Source of the DNA: Macrostomum lignano
Lineage: Eukaryota
NCBI GenBank assembly: GCA_002269645.1
Contig: NIVC01000424.1
Location: forward strand, 248,001 to 312,000
Direction of reading: 5' to 3'
Length of the DNA: 64,000 nucleotides
The position numbers were made by a program, and so were the translations under genes. The notes beneath the pieces were generated by a model. That model had not been told where the DNA came from, did not search any database, and saw only the letters and a list, made by a program, of their open reading frames with translations. Positions 29,401-42,983 of this stretch are shown here, piece after piece (the stretch's first letter is position 1; the number at the start of each line of letters is the position of its first letter).

Positions 29401-31596
29401 CCCACAGTGTCAGAAACTGGCAGACAGATGAGACAATGACAGATTCGATGACAGACAATATGACAGACAATATGACAGACACACGACAGAAACTACAACA
29501 GACACTATGACAGACACTATGACAGACAATATGACAGACAATATGACAGACACACGACAGAAACTACAACAGACACTATGACAGACACTATGACAGACAA
29601 TATAACAGACACTATGACAGACACTATGACAGACACTATGACAGACACTATGACAGACACTATGACAGACACTATGACAGACACTATGACAGACAATATA
29701 ACAGACACTATGACAGACACTATGACAGACACTATGACAGACACTATAACAGACACTATAACAGACACTATGACAGACACACGACAGAAACTACAACAGA
29801 CACTATGACAGACACTATGACAGACAATATGACAGACAATATGACAGACACACGACAGAAACTACAACAGACACTATGACAGACACTATGACAGACAATA
29901 TAACAGACACTATGACAGACACTATGACAGACACTATGACAGACACTATGACAGACACTATGACAGACACTATGACAGACACTAGGACAGACAATATGAC
30001 AGACACTAGGACAGACACTATGACAGACACTATGACAGACACTATGACAGACACTAGGACAGACAATATGACGGACACTATGACAGACACTATGACTGAC
30101 ACTACGACAGACGCAATGACGGATTCGATGACAGAAAATATGACAGACACTATGACAGCTTACTTGTTGCTTCTTGGCAACATATTTTCTGAAAAAGGCC
30201 CTGACTTTGCTACCCGGTTCTGCAGGCGCTGTGGCCAAGCACACCAGCCTGTCCACCAGTCTGTCACTGAGCTGTCGGGTGTCCTCAGCAGTTGCTGGGC
30301 CAATGTCCACCGGGCCCTCCAGAATGTAGCCGTAGATTGTCGGGCTCATCGGTTTGCGAGTTCTGAACTCGCCTAAAAGTGCAAGTCGGTTTATCATGCT
30401 CTTATTTTATCATCACTGCACGCTTGAGATCTAGAGTGAATTAAATTGAAAACCTTACTTGGAAGGTAAAGTCCATAATAAACCACCTCGGTTTCATTTG
30501 TTAGAACAATTTTCACGTTGAACGGTTTGTATGGATCGATAGGTATGCTGATATTGATGAGCAGAGTCGATGATGAGCAGGCTAAGCAGCGCGTGTGCTC
30601 AAGCAGCTTGTTGTTGGCGTCATCGGTGACGCTGAGATTGAAACTGCTTGTGTTAGCACTTGCTTCTATCCAGGGCAGGCGAATACTGATAAGCATTGCC
30701 ACAGCGTTCTTCTCCTTGAAGCAGACGCTGTAAAGTAGTTCCTCTTCGATCTTAAAATTGATTAGAACTTCCCATATTGTTTGGACAGTTTCCTGCAACA
30801 AATTGGAAGCTACAGACATGGAAGGATTAAGATACCACTGATATAATTATTTGACTTATAGCTGGTGTATAGAAATTTATCGAAATCAAGAGTCTCATAA
30901 AATTTTGATCTGACATGTGTCAAGACATTGTCTGCGACATCTCAGTTAACACAGCAGTGCATACAGCACCAGGCCATTGTTTGTGACATCTCAGTTAACA
31001 CAGCAGTGCATGCAGCATCAGGACATTGTCTGCGACATCTCAGTTAACACAGCAGTGCATACAGCATCAGGCCATTGTCTGCGACATCTCAGTTAACACA
31101 GCAATGCATGCAGCATCAGGACATTGTCTGCGACATCTCAGTTAACACAGCAGTGCATGCAGCATCAGGCCATTGTCTGCGACATCTCAGTTAACACAGC
31201 AGTGCATGCAGCATCAGGACATTGTTTGTGACATCTCAGTTAACACAGCAGTGCATACAGCACCAGGCCATTGTCTTGACATCTCAGTTAACACAGCAGT
31301 GCATGCAGCATCAGGCCATTGTTTGTGACATCTCAGTTAACACAGCAGTGCATACAGCATCAGGCCATTGTTTGTGACATCTCAGTTAACACAGCAGTGC
31401 ATGCAGCATCAGGACATTGTCTGCGACATCTCAGTTAACACAGCAGTGCATACAGCACCAGGCCATTGTCTGTGATTGCAGTTGTCTCAAACCAGACTCA
31501 CCATATGTTTCGGGCCAAGGCAGACAATTTCGCCTGGCTGGCCATAATTGTTGCCGCCATCAACAGAAGACAACTCGCCAAGAGTTGGAGCTGATT
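26424..31596 (-). CDS. Multi-exon single-pass membrane receptor-like gene, paralog 2, with one apparent 1-nt frameshift; 5' end unresolved
   Basis: GT-AG exons 31596-31502, 30837-30459, 30372-30164, 29416-29166 (needs +1 nt), 29091-29043, 27330-27109 (TM: [28 protein letters not shown]) and 26848-26424 (basic juxtamembrane [27 protein letters not shown]). All other junction phases are consistent. Confidence 0.75.
27410..29006. repeat. 23-bp minisatellite, about 1.6 kb, intronic
   Basis: Unit TGACGTCTT(C/T)CCGACAC(C/T)(A/C)AAA(T/C). Confidence 0.97.
29436..30160. repeat. 12-bp minisatellite with higher-order blocks, intronic
   Basis: Unit ATGACAGACACT with a recurring ACACGACAGAAACTACAACAG spacer. 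Confidence 0.96.
30925..31475. repeat. 49-bp minisatellite, about 11 copies, intronic (unrelated to the 1-1603 array)
   Basis: Unit GG(C/A)CATTGT(C/T)TG(C/T)GACATCTCAGTTAACACAGCAGTGCAT(G/A)CAGCA(T/C)CA; starts at 30972 and 31021. Confidence 0.95.
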
Positions 31597-32442
31597 CTAT
31601 TAGTTTTATGACGGCTAAACCAACGATAAAGACACTCGAGAGAAGAAATGATTGGAGAAAATGCATTGCCGCTTGACAATAGACATATATATTACTCCAT
31701 GCTTTCGCTCATCAACTGTAAATTAAACTAAGCTCAGGTGAACAACTTTTTTCTTAATAAAAATCGACCAGTTTTGCAGGTTTGTTGCTTTTTGCTCCTC
31801 TAACCCTTTTTACTGAATACGTGCGCAATTGAACCGAAAGAAGAGGCTCAGATAACAGATTTTATAGTGGAATATCATTTTAGAGGTGGTAAGCCCCAAA
31901 AAAAAGCTTACCTGCTGATTACTGAGTACGATGCGTGCTCGGACCATTCTAAGCTGTGGGAGCGCGGCGCGGCTTTATCTACGAGTATCTACGAGTATCA
32001 CTCTGTGCGCAAACGGAATACGCTCGTAAGCTATAATACATTACTATACGCCGTGAGTGTGATTCACATGGCATACTAGTTAGTTTAGTTCTTCTGCACA
32101 CTTACAGCAACTTTTACAAGTCACCATGCAGCATTCAAAACCCGTCAAAATATTCAATGAAATTTGATAACAAAGTAGCAAAATATCAATAAAACGATCC
32201 CGATATATTTCTTGTCCATCATAAGCCGGACAGACCATCTCAGGACTTAAATCGCGCGATGCATTTTTTGAGATGTTCCTTTTTTAGAAGCAAATTCTGG
32301 GCCTTTCGCAGTTTTAATGTTAGTAATAATTTTCACCCCAGTTTTGACTTAACACCTATAACCAAAAGCTCTTCAAAAGGCTATGTCAGTTTGATGTCAG
32401 TTCAGGACTCCAACCGAAGCGAAAGACAGCAGACTAATTAGT

Positions 32443-34491
32443 TTAATGAGGCGCAACACCTCCGCAGTAGGTGAGATTGACCCCGATAGAAGCGTTGAGC
32501 GGCTGCAGGAGGCACAACTCTCGCCAGTAGAACGGCAGGTAAACATCCTGATAAGCCCGCAGTACGATGGCCGCCACCATGAACATCAGCAGGCACAGCC
32601 ACGTGACGCACCGTCGGATCAACACGGGTCTCAGTGGTGGCAGCTTTGCTGGACGACTGACATCGAACTCAATGTCGCTCTCGTACGGAGTTGAGTAGAT
32701 CCGGGAGGCACGACGAATGTGGTTCTGCCTCGGCAGCAGGCTCGCATTCTCCGCGTCTAGAGGGGCCGAGGACGTTTTGGCAGCCTTCGTCCCGGCGACC
32801 CGGCTCGCCGCAACCAACACCTCCTTTTCCCAGTTGGTACGCCAAATTATTATCCAGAATACGACAGTCTCAAAGGAAAGTCCGATCAGCAGGCCAACCC
32901 AAAAGCCGCGAATCTCCATCTTAGTAAGCAGACTCAACGGAATGCCAATAGGTATCGCCACTGCATAGTAGGCAATCAGATTGACGACTGCACCAATAAA
33001 CTGTCTACCGCTGCCCTTCAGCACACCTGAAGCAGTTGCTGAGAGTCCGTCAACATAGGGAAATGGTGCGTATATTGTCATTAACTCAGCGGTGGCGTCT
33101 CGAACAACCGGGTCGCTGGTGAAAAGGTTGGCAACGAAAGACTGACAAGTTGAGAACAAGATGCACAGGATGGTGGAAGTTGTAAGAATCATTGTCACAG
33201 CTACTTTGTAGGTGTGCTTCGCCTTCTCAATCTGCTTAGCTCCAATGTGCTGGCCAACCCGGATGTTCACAGCAATGGACATACCGAGAGAGACCATGTA
33301 GGACAGGACTGCAGCTTGAAACACGATGCCCTGAGCTGCCAGCTGGAGTGTGCTGATACTGCCTGCAACAAACGTTCCAATCTGAAATTGTAGGGGATAA
33401 AATTTAGCCAATATGTTCATCAATTAGTGCTTGATGCAGACGGCAATAAAAGCTGTAAACTGTAAAACCCTACCTCAAAACTGACTTCCTCTAAAGCAAC
33501 AAGCATTAGTCCTGGCACAGCCAGCCGGACGAATCCGCCGATGTCGTACAGAGCTTCAATCGTCCAGCCGTCCCACGTGTCCTCATAGACGCCCGACACT
33601 CGAATGTACGCGATTATGCAGGCGCACATCACGAACAGCGACGCTGCCTGACACGCTGCGGACGCCTCGTACTGAAAGCCCAACACGTAGATTGCGATGT
33701 ACTGAGACACTGCGTTGAACACGTTCCCGATGAAGGCGCAGATCAGAGGCGGGTACACTCGGTTCTGAGTCTGCAGGTACCGAGCCAGCACCAGGAACGT
33801 GAAGTCAAAGAACACGCCCGGCATGAAGATCAGGATGTACTGCGACGCCATGTCACTGACTACTGGGTCTTGACCCAACAGAAGCAGCAACGGCTTGATG
33901 TTCAGGTGCAAGCAGTACACAGGGATCAGGAACATGTACATGACAATGAGACTGCGCTGCAGATAGAGACCGACTCTCTTCCTGTAGGCGCTGCCGTAGG
34001 TCTGAGCGAAGTACGTGTCGCATCCGGTGGACAGGCCAAGACCGATACCCAGGCCTGCAACGTTGATGAGCGTGCAGGCAAGAGCGGCCGCGTCCAGCTG
34101 CTCCTTGGACAGGTGGCCGCACATGATCACGCTGATGGTCTGCAAGAAGATCTGGAAGAAGCACGTAAGGAACGACGGCAAGTGCAGCTTGCCGATCTCG
34201 TGGAACTCCTTCCAGTATCCGAGCGGGAAAAAGCGCTGGCCGAACTTTTCCATGAAGGACAGTAGCTTCAGTTGCACAGTGTCGGGACGCGGTCTGGGGG
34301 GTTGAATTAGCAAAAAACTCTCAAATGTTTTCCGAAGCGAGCAAGACAATTCGGAAAATTTCGTTATAAACTTACTCGTACGAAGTCGATCCTTCTGGGA
34401 CAGTTCCGTAGCCACCCTTCTGGGAAACCCGGTCGAGCCCCAGCGACGCCTCGTGCTGGCGCTCGGCCCGACCTGAAGAAGCAAACGACAT
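32443..34491 (-). CDS. MATE family multidrug/toxin efflux transporter, copy A (SLC47-like, about 624 aa)
   Basis: Exons 34491-34376, 34293-33474, 33381-32443, phase-consistent. MATE motifs CDTYFAQTYG, GLYLQRS, VNIRVGQHIGA, GVLKGSGRQFIGAVVNLIAYY; extra C-terminal TM helix. Confidence 0.92.
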
Positions 34492-35662
34492 TTCAATGGC
34501 TCACTACATAAAATAACGTTGGAACAAGCGCCGCCCTAGAGCTATAAGCTATTTTCCTGACATTAATTCGTGGATTGAGTTTTCTTGCTAGAGAAGCGTG
34601 ACATTCGCTTAGTTCATTTCTTGAGCTTTATGAACTCTCCTTGCCCATACTTGAGCCACGAGTTTATCTCTGGAACTGCAAGTAGTGAAGACATTTTTGA
34701 ACCCAGATTGCTTTATCAGAGCTCGGTCGGACGTCTATTGAGCAAAAGATAATAACGCTTTTTCATGGAAATCTTAAGCTGTAGCAAAATAATCATTAAT
34801 AACGCTGAATTAGTCACGCCATTGCGCCATTAACTGTTGGCCTCTTGGAATTTGTACTCGAACGTCATTTTTAAACAGCCGCTCGAATTTACGGTTCGAA
34901 TAAGTTTTTTAGGCCGAAGTTACGAGCGCTTGTTGCAATCCAACTAGCATTTTACAACGTTGATAAAAATTGTCGACATACTTTACAAGGTAGACCATGT
35001 GATTGACGATATTCTCGGTAAAAAAGTCTACACCATCTACGGAAGTAGATTTGAAGCAAAATTTACTTTTAGCAAGACGTAATTCGACTGCCCTGCATGC
35101 GATCTCAGACTATTTAAAGGTGAATTTTTTGTCACAAAACTAAAGAAAACTTGACAAGGCATAACAAGTAAAAAATGTCGGCCAAAATCGAGAGCGGACT
35201 GTTTAAAAACAATCGACATACAACTTGGGACTGCTCGATTTTATATTCCACACGGGCTGTAATCAATCAGTTTCAGGTGATTCACTACATACACAGTAAG
35301 AATGAATTAGTGATTTATACAATTGCAAGACAGCGCCAGCAAATGAAGTTCTTTAACAAAAAATCAATACGTAGAAGTATAATTTTGAATAATAATTAAA
35401 ACACGTATGATTTATTGTAGACAATTGAATGAATGAATTGGATATAAAAGTTTCCGATTTCTAAGAGGTCTCTCTTTAAAGAGAATGCTGTGAAAGATGG
35501 ATCGCTGAAAATTTGTGACACTTCAGTCTACCTTGGGATGAAATTGTTAGTTAGTACAAAAAGCTACAATCTAAAACAAAATAGCTAGCTCATTAAAATT
35601 GAAAACATAATGAGAGACACAGATTACCAACATTCTTGCGTTACACAAGCAAGCAAGGAATT

Positions 35663-38600
35663 TCACACCGGTACAGTTGTGTGGGTTTGTTCTAACAGCA
35701 CTGTAGTATGATTGCCACCGGCGCAGCTCGTGCCAGCGCAGATGTAACGGTTCTGAAAGATTCGAAACAGCACAGCAACAGTCAGGAGCAGCAGCAGAAG
35801 CAGCCAAGTTAGACAGCGACGAGCCAGCACTGGTCGCAGTGGCGGCAGTGAGTCCTGCTGCTCGATGCTCACTTCGGATTCGCTCTCGTACGGTGTGTCG
35901 TAGATCCGTGATGCGTGCCGAATCCGTTTCGGACGACTCTCGGGTAGCAACGGAGTTATTTCATTAGCGCCGCCTGGCGAAGCGGCTGCAAGAAGTTTGG
36001 CCGATGAATCCGACCCCGCGACTCGGTGCTGAGCATCGCTGACTTCCTTCTCCCAATTGGTGCGCAGGACAATCACCCAGAATACGAGGGTTTCACCGGC
36101 AAGACCGATCAGCAAACCGGTCCAGAAGCCGCGAATCTCCATCGAAGTGAGCAGACTTAACGGAATGCCGATAGGCATGGCCACTGCATAGTACGCAATG
36201 AGATTGACCACTGCACCAATCAACTGCCTACCGCTGCCTTTCAGCACACCTGAAGCAGTCGCTGAGAGTCCGTCAACGTAGGGAAACGGAGCGTACATGG
36301 TCAGCAGATCAGAGGCGGCGTCTCTCACTACCGGGTCGCTGGTGAACAGGCTGGCAACGTAAAACTGACACGTAGAGAACAAGATGCAGATAATTGTTGA
36401 CATTGTGAGAATCATTGTCACAGCTACTTTGTAGGTGTGTTTCGCCTTCTCAATCTGCTGAGCTCCAATGTGCTGACCAACCCGGATGTTCACAGCAATG
36501 GACATCCCCAGCGAGACCATGTAGGACAGGACGGAAGCTTGGAATACGATGCCCTGAGCTGCCAGCTGAAGAGTGCTGATGCCGCCGGCAATGAAGGTAC
36601 CGATCTGAGGAAAGGATAAAAGAACACAATGTGCGACAAAAACCCTCTTAACTGTCTCTGTCACTCGGGTACATTTATTTACGCGAGGACGGAAATAATG
36701 GAAAAGACAGCCGTAAAATTTTATTTCCCCTCAAATTCATTGTGATATTAAATATCTAATTCAAAAAGCATCAGCTGTGCTTACCTCGAAGCATAATTCC
36801 TCCATCGCTACGAGCAGAAGGCCTGGCACAGCCAGCCGAACGAATCCGCCGATGTCGTACAGAGCTTCAATCGTCCAGCCGTCCCACGTGTCCTCATAGA
36901 CGCCCGACACTCGAATGTACGCGATTATGCAGGCGCACATCACGAACAGCGACGCTGCCTGACACGCTGCGGACGCCTCGTACTGAAAGCCCAACACGTA
37001 GATTGCGATGTACTGAGACACTGCGTTGAACACGTTCCCGATGAAGGCGCAGATCAGAGGCGGGTACACTCGGTTCTGAGTCTGCAGGTACCGAGCCAGC
37101 ACCAGGAACGTGTAGTCAAAGAACACGCCCGGCATGAAGATCAGGATGTACTGCGACGCCATGTCACTGACTACTGGGTCTTGACCCAACAGAAGCAGCA
37201 ACGGCTTGATGTTCAGGTGCAAGCAGTACACAGGGATCAGGAACATGTACATGACAATGAGACTGCGCTGCAGATAGAGACCGACTCTCTTCCTGTAGGC
37301 GCTGCCGTAGGTCTGAGCGAAGTACGTGTCGCATCCGGTGGACAGGCCGAGACCGATCCCCATGCCCGCCACGTTGATGAGCGTGCAGGCGAGAGCGGCC
37401 GCGTCCAGCTGCTCCTTGGACAGGTGGCCGCACATGATCACGCTGATGGTCTGCAAGAAGACCTGGAAGAAGCACGTAAGGAACGACGGCAAGTGGAGCT
37501 TGCCGATCTCGCGGAACTCCTTCCAGTATCCGAGCGGGAAAAACCGCTCGCCGAAGCGTCTCAGGAGTTGCTTCACGTTTTGCTGAACTGTTGTCTTTTT
37601 TTTCATTCGAAATGGGATTTTTAACCTGTGGAGAGAACAAATTTCATTGAAATTCATTGAAATTTGCAGCAGAAATGAGGAGCACAGTATTTTGTTAAGT
37701 TTTTTAAATCCGTTTACCAGCTAAATATGCCATCAACGGTCTGTTTTTTATCCAACTTACATGTAAGACAACTCCCCCGCAGTATCAGTACAGTTGTGCT
37801 TCAAAGCGAAGTGATCTATCTCTAACAATGACAACAGTCGCAATTTTCTGAGATGCCGATGATTTCCACTTGCGATCGTATCGCATAACTTTCGACTCCA
37901 TCATCATGTTTCTACTTTATTTAATTGCACGTTATAATTACGCTAACAAATATTGTTTTGATCGCTTTTGCCTGGCAAAAGCGTTAAGTGCAGGGAGTCT
38001 CAGGGTCAGGAGATGGGTTGCTGGGAATCTCAAGGTCAGGAGATAAGGTGCGGGGAGTCTCAAGGTCAGGAGATAGAGTGCGGGAAATCTCAAGGTCAGG
38101 AGATGGCGTGCGGAGAATCTCAAGGTCAGGAGATAGGTGCGGGGAATCTCAAGGACAGGAGATAGGGTGCGGGGAATCTCAAGGTCAGGAGATAGGGTGC
38201 GGGGAATCTCAAGGTCAGGAGATGGGGTGCTGGGAAACTCAAGGTCAGGAGATAGGGTGCGGGGAATTTCAAGGTCAGGAGATGGCGTGCGGGGAGTCTC
38301 AATGTCAGGAGATGGCGTGCGGGGAGTCTCAAGGTCAGGAGATGGGGTGCTGGGAATCTCAAGGTCAGGACATGGGGTGCTGGGAATCTCAAGGTCAGGA
38401 GATAGGGTGCGGGGAATCTCAAGGTCAGGAGATGGCGTGAGGGGAGTCTCAATGTCAGGAGATGGCGTGCGGGGAGTCTCAAGGTCACGAGATGGCGTGA
38501 GGGGAGTCTCAATGTCAGATGGCGTGCGGGGAGTCTCAAGGTCACGAGATGGCAAAGTTTTTTATGGGAGTGGATCCGTCGCATCATGGTTGCAGTGCAG

Positions 38601-38834
38601 CGAGTAGAGGCATAAAAAACTGATTTGAATTATTGGCTACAGAATGAAGTGAAACGTCTATACTTACTCTGTGGTCGGATTCGAAGCTTCGTATGCTTGT
38701 CCGAGATGCGTCTTCATCACTGATGCTCGTGGCCCAGCGTCAGACGATGAGGCACAGTTGCTGGCGGTGCATCCGAGTCCGTACGGATTGTTTCTAAGAA
38801 ACTCGCCATTCTTGATCGAAGCGATTGCTGGCAT
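35663..38834 (-). CDS. MATE family transporter, copy B (SLC47-like, about 649 aa)
   Basis: Exons 38834-38668 (lower confidence), 37625-36785, 36604-35663; same intron phases (2 then 0) as copy A. Confidence 0.9.
37985..38555. repeat. 30-bp minisatellite in MATE-B intron 1
   Basis: Unit GGGGA(A/G)TCTCAAGGTCAGGAGATAGGGTGC. Confidence 0.95.
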
Positions 38835-40099
38835 GCTGACGTTTCTTATAAGACAGTCCTATTATTTTGTCTGTTCTACTGCAACTTGAAAGGCCCTTTA
38901 TATGTACTGGTGTTTTGATTTAGACTTTGTGCACTATGAACCCAAATATTGGTTGGTGTGTATTATTTATGCACACGAGGAAACCTGGTTCGGTGCGTTC
39001 CAAATGGAACACAGCCGTGGGGATGGGGGGGGGGCTGAGTGAGTGCGTACAGTCGAGAGACTATTTGCGAAGGTTTAATTGAAGTTGCTAATTGGGCCTC
39101 TGCAATAAAAGTAAGGCTGAGCAGTTCAAAGTTGTTATTGCCGGCCCGACTGACTAATATTAATTTCAAAAGCAAACCCCAACCCACACATGCACGTAGA
39201 TTTAATCGCGCTCAAACTGCCTAAATGTGGCACTTATTATGCAACTATCGATCTACACTATCTACACTATAATACTAGGCGAGTTAGTTGGAAATTTTTC
39301 TAGACAATATTTCGGCTTGAATAGGAATTTACTGGTCGACCCATTTCAGTGCTTTTCCGGGGGGGGGGTGAGGTTGTAAACTTTAGAAAATTGAAAAACG
39401 ACTACGTTACTACATTACTTTAGTAATGAGTAGTATGCACTATGTACTCAAGTAGGATGGGAAATCGCTACCATACGTTTTTGGAAACTGTGCTGTGCCA
39501 TTTTTATGGTTTTAGGCACAGGACATGTACGATTGTACGCAGGATACAAGAGTAACACAGAATCGTAATTTTCTAAACGAAAAGTTTTATGAATATCAAT
39601 AGAGCTATAAGAAAGACAAGAAATATCAAAAGATGAACATTGGGTTTGCCTCGTATCGAAAGCAATAACTATTTTTACGTGGAACAAAATCGAAAACCTC
39701 CTATCTACGCGATGTATCTTTTCGAAAGAAATCTGCCTCTTATAAATATTTCCAAGAAAGTCAGTTTCCCGTATTACTTGATCATAAAATTTCTTGGCTT
39801 GACTTGACTTTAAATTGATTAAAGCTAATAGTGTTTTATTGTCGGGTGCAATAATATTTTGCATATTTTGCACTTATTTAGGTTATCGTCAATTTTGCTT
39901 TTACAATATTTTAAAAACAATTATGTTAGCTTTATCTGATCTTTAAGTTTAATAGCTTTTTCCAGGTATACAGGGGCTATTCAGTGCATGTACATGTAGC
40001 ACATGACAGATTGAGATAAGCTTATCTTTTTGAAACTTTTATTCGAGGAGTATGAGTATGTTTTCCTCATCAAGGGCCGCCAGCACCATGTGCTGCCAG

Positions 40100-40545
40100 C
40101 AGAGACAGGGACGCCCACAAAGAGACAGGGGCGCCCACCAAGAGACAGGGGCGCTCACCAAGAGACAGGAGCGCCCACAAAGAGACAGGGGCGCCCACCA
40201 AGAGACAGGGGCGCTCACCAAGAGACAGGAGCGCCCACAAAGAGACAGGGGCGCCCACCAAGAGACAGGGGCGCCCACAAAGAGACAGGGGCGCCCACCA
40301 AGAGACAGGGGCGCTCACCAAGAGACAGGGGCGCCCACAAAGAGACAGGGGCGCCAACCAAGAGACAGGGGCGCCTACAAAGAGACAGGGGTGCCCAATA
40401 AGAGACAGGGGCGCCCATCAAGAGACAGGGGCGCCCACAGACAGGGGCGCCCACCAAGACACAGGGGCGCCAACAAAGAGACAGGGCGCCCACCAAGAGA
40501 CAGGGGCGCCCATCAAGAGACAGGTGCACCAACCAAGACACCATA
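40100..40545. repeat. ~29-30 bp GGCGCC-containing minisatellite
   Basis: Alternating AGAGACAGGGGCGCCCACCA and AGAGACAGGGGCGCCCACAA type units. Confidence 0.93.
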
Positions 40546-40984
40546 TACTGGCGCCCCTCAGTGTCGTGGCCCTCTGCAATTAAAATTGCTGCATACGCTA
40601 CTGATTTATTAAAGGTTACACTTGATTTTGCTTACAAATGCACAGGCAATATGAGTTATTTTCAGTTTTTTAGCACTAAATTGTCTGTAACTCTCGCATT
40701 TAGTGCTTTTAATACGCATGCTTGTAGTCGAGGCAACACAAACTATTTTTTATTATCAAAAGTTCTGAGCAAACGTCTTAGCAGGACAGTAGGCACGAAA
40801 GCAAAAATAGTATAAATCTCAGTACTTTAATAACTCTTAAACAATACAAGCAAAAAGCAGGAGAGTAGAGAATAGTTTGGAAAAAAGAAAAAATGATCAA
40901 TAAATTGTGCGCATTGTGCAAAGCTTTTAAAGTACAAAATTCGTTTAAAAAATGTGTACATATCTTTCAAAAACGATCTGTAGC

Positions 40985-41225
40985 TTGCGGGGAGCCTCAA
41001 GGTCAGAAGACATGGTGCGGGGACTCTCAAGGTCAGGAGATAGGGTGCGGAGACTCTCAAGGTCAGGAGATAGGGTGCGGGGACTCTCAAGGTCAGGAGA
41101 TAAGGTGCAGGGAGTCTCAAGGTCAGGAGATAGGTGCTGGGAATCTCAAGGTCAGGAGATGGGGTGCAGGAGTCTCAAGGCCAGGAGATGGGGTACGGGG
41201 AGTCTTAAGGTCAGGTGACGGGATG
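40985..41225. repeat. Second array of the 30-bp TCTCAAGGTCAGGAGAT family
   Basis: Same unit as 37985-38555, same orientation. Confidence 0.92.
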
Positions 41226-41484
41226 TCAGGACCTAGAATGAGGGTGCATTTACCTTATAAACAGGTCACGTCTTAGATAATTTATAAACTAATAGAAAAT
41301 TATGAGTTAAGAAATTACAAAGTGGCCCAACATAAATCACAATGTCCCGGCCCCTCAACACGCGTAAAATACGGCTTTTTACGCAGAATTTTTATCAGTT
41401 ACAGTGTATGTACATGGAGGTCCAAGCAAAAGCGGCCTATGGTTAGTAAAAAATATCAGAGTTTTTTTTAACTTAATCTCATTT

Positions 41485-42983
41485 TCATTTCTTCTTCTTA
41501 GCAGCCGCCGCGGCGGATTGCTGCTTTCTAGCCGATTCAATCGTTGCTTTGTTAATCTCTTCGTCAGATCGCTGCAGCTGGGCTGACACGCTCGCCTGCA
41601 GCTGACCCATCTCCTTTTTTAGGCGCTCGCGGATCAACCGTTTAAGGGCGCTCATGGAGTCCGTGTCGGAATCGAACTGCAAACCATCTGGGTTGGAGTC
41701 GCCGACAATCAGAGCGGGTGCTTGGTCGGATACTTCTAGTTGTTTCTCGTCTGAAATGGGCAAAATAATTAAATTGAATTTTTATTAATTTGTTTAAAAT
41801 CACATAATTTGTTTTAAACTACTGAAAACGTTAAACTAAATGCAATTAAAGCATACCAAAATATGTCTTATATGAGTTATTTACAATAAATCCAAGCCTT
41901 CACTATAGAATATTGCGACACAATTAAAACAAATTTTTCAAATTTCTTAAATTATAATTACTACTCATATGTTGCTTCAAGTGATTTTTTGTTTCATTTT
42001 GAATCCTTAGAATAAAATTTAAAATGATAAAAAAAGAATGGTATAGAATTTCATTACTTCTAAATTATTTTGCTAAACTGTTTCCTAACTAATAAATATT
42101 TAAGATTTTCAATGCACTTCCATGCAATTATAATAACTTTTTAAAGTGTGGCTCCAATAAGAAGTGAGTTGAATATTTTTATATTTTAAAATAAATACAT
42201 ACTGTCTGTTCTGTCTGACTGTGTTAGAATCTTAGAATTAAAACCTAGAAGCTTAAGAATTTAAACATTCAAAGTAAATAGAGTGCTTCTAACATTATAC
42301 ATACCATAAAAACACACGAGTTATCTATTATACAGGTAATGCTTACCATCTTCAGCAGTAAATCTGTCCTCATTTTGCTGAGTCCTTGACGAATCCTGAT
42401 CGAACGCATCAGCCATCGTACTCTGGCTATTCTTGCCTGACTCCCTTGACGAATTGGGAAATGCTGTATAATTAATAGTCAAATCCAGCTGCACCTGCGG
42501 ATTGAACACGTATTTGTACATCTTGAAGTGACGAAAGTAGCTGTCAATAAAGTAATTTGACACAGCAGTGGCCTCTTGCGGTGAGAAAATTCCGAGACTA
42601 AATGGTGGGCGATGCACAGAGTGGCAGAGTATCAAATCCTTGAGAAATTCTAGCGTCTCTTTAATATTGCCAAAAGGGGTTTCAATGGCCATCTCGTGGA
42701 TCTGCTTCAGTATGGAGAGAAAGCATGACGTTTTCTCACTATTGAAATTGTTTTCCTTGCAAAACTGTACAGCATAGTAAAACATGTCCAGCACGATAGT
42801 GCCTCTTCCATCAGAATCTTCTCTGATTCCAAAAGTTTCTATAATGAATGCTCTAGTGTCTTCAACCGTAGAGAGTCGTAGGACATAATCGGTTTCAGCA
42901 ACACCGATGTCTCTCCATACAGATGCCTTTGCCTTTTTAGTTCTTGGAACAGGAATGACTGGAATAACTTCTCCGTCTGACAT
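41485..42983 (-). CDS. CFAP119: CFAP119/CABCOCO1-family ciliary (C1a-32/CLAMP domain) protein, 2 exons, about 300 aa
   Basis: Exons 42983-42347 and 41750-41485, phase 1. Recognised motifs FYYAVQFC, EKTSCFLSI, CHSVHRPPFS, YFRHFKMYKYVF; C-terminal coiled coil ending in KKKK. Orthology within the family is not certain. Confidence 0.8.

Noticed and set aside
33853-37640. Duplicated antisense and alternate-frame ORFs in the MATE genes
   Set aside because: Shadows of MATE codon usage, duplicated only because the exon is duplicated.
39448-39873. 141-aa ORF upstream of MATE-B
   Set aside because: Non-ATG first start, AT-rich, no recognisable domain or supported splice partners; only a homology search could rescue it.
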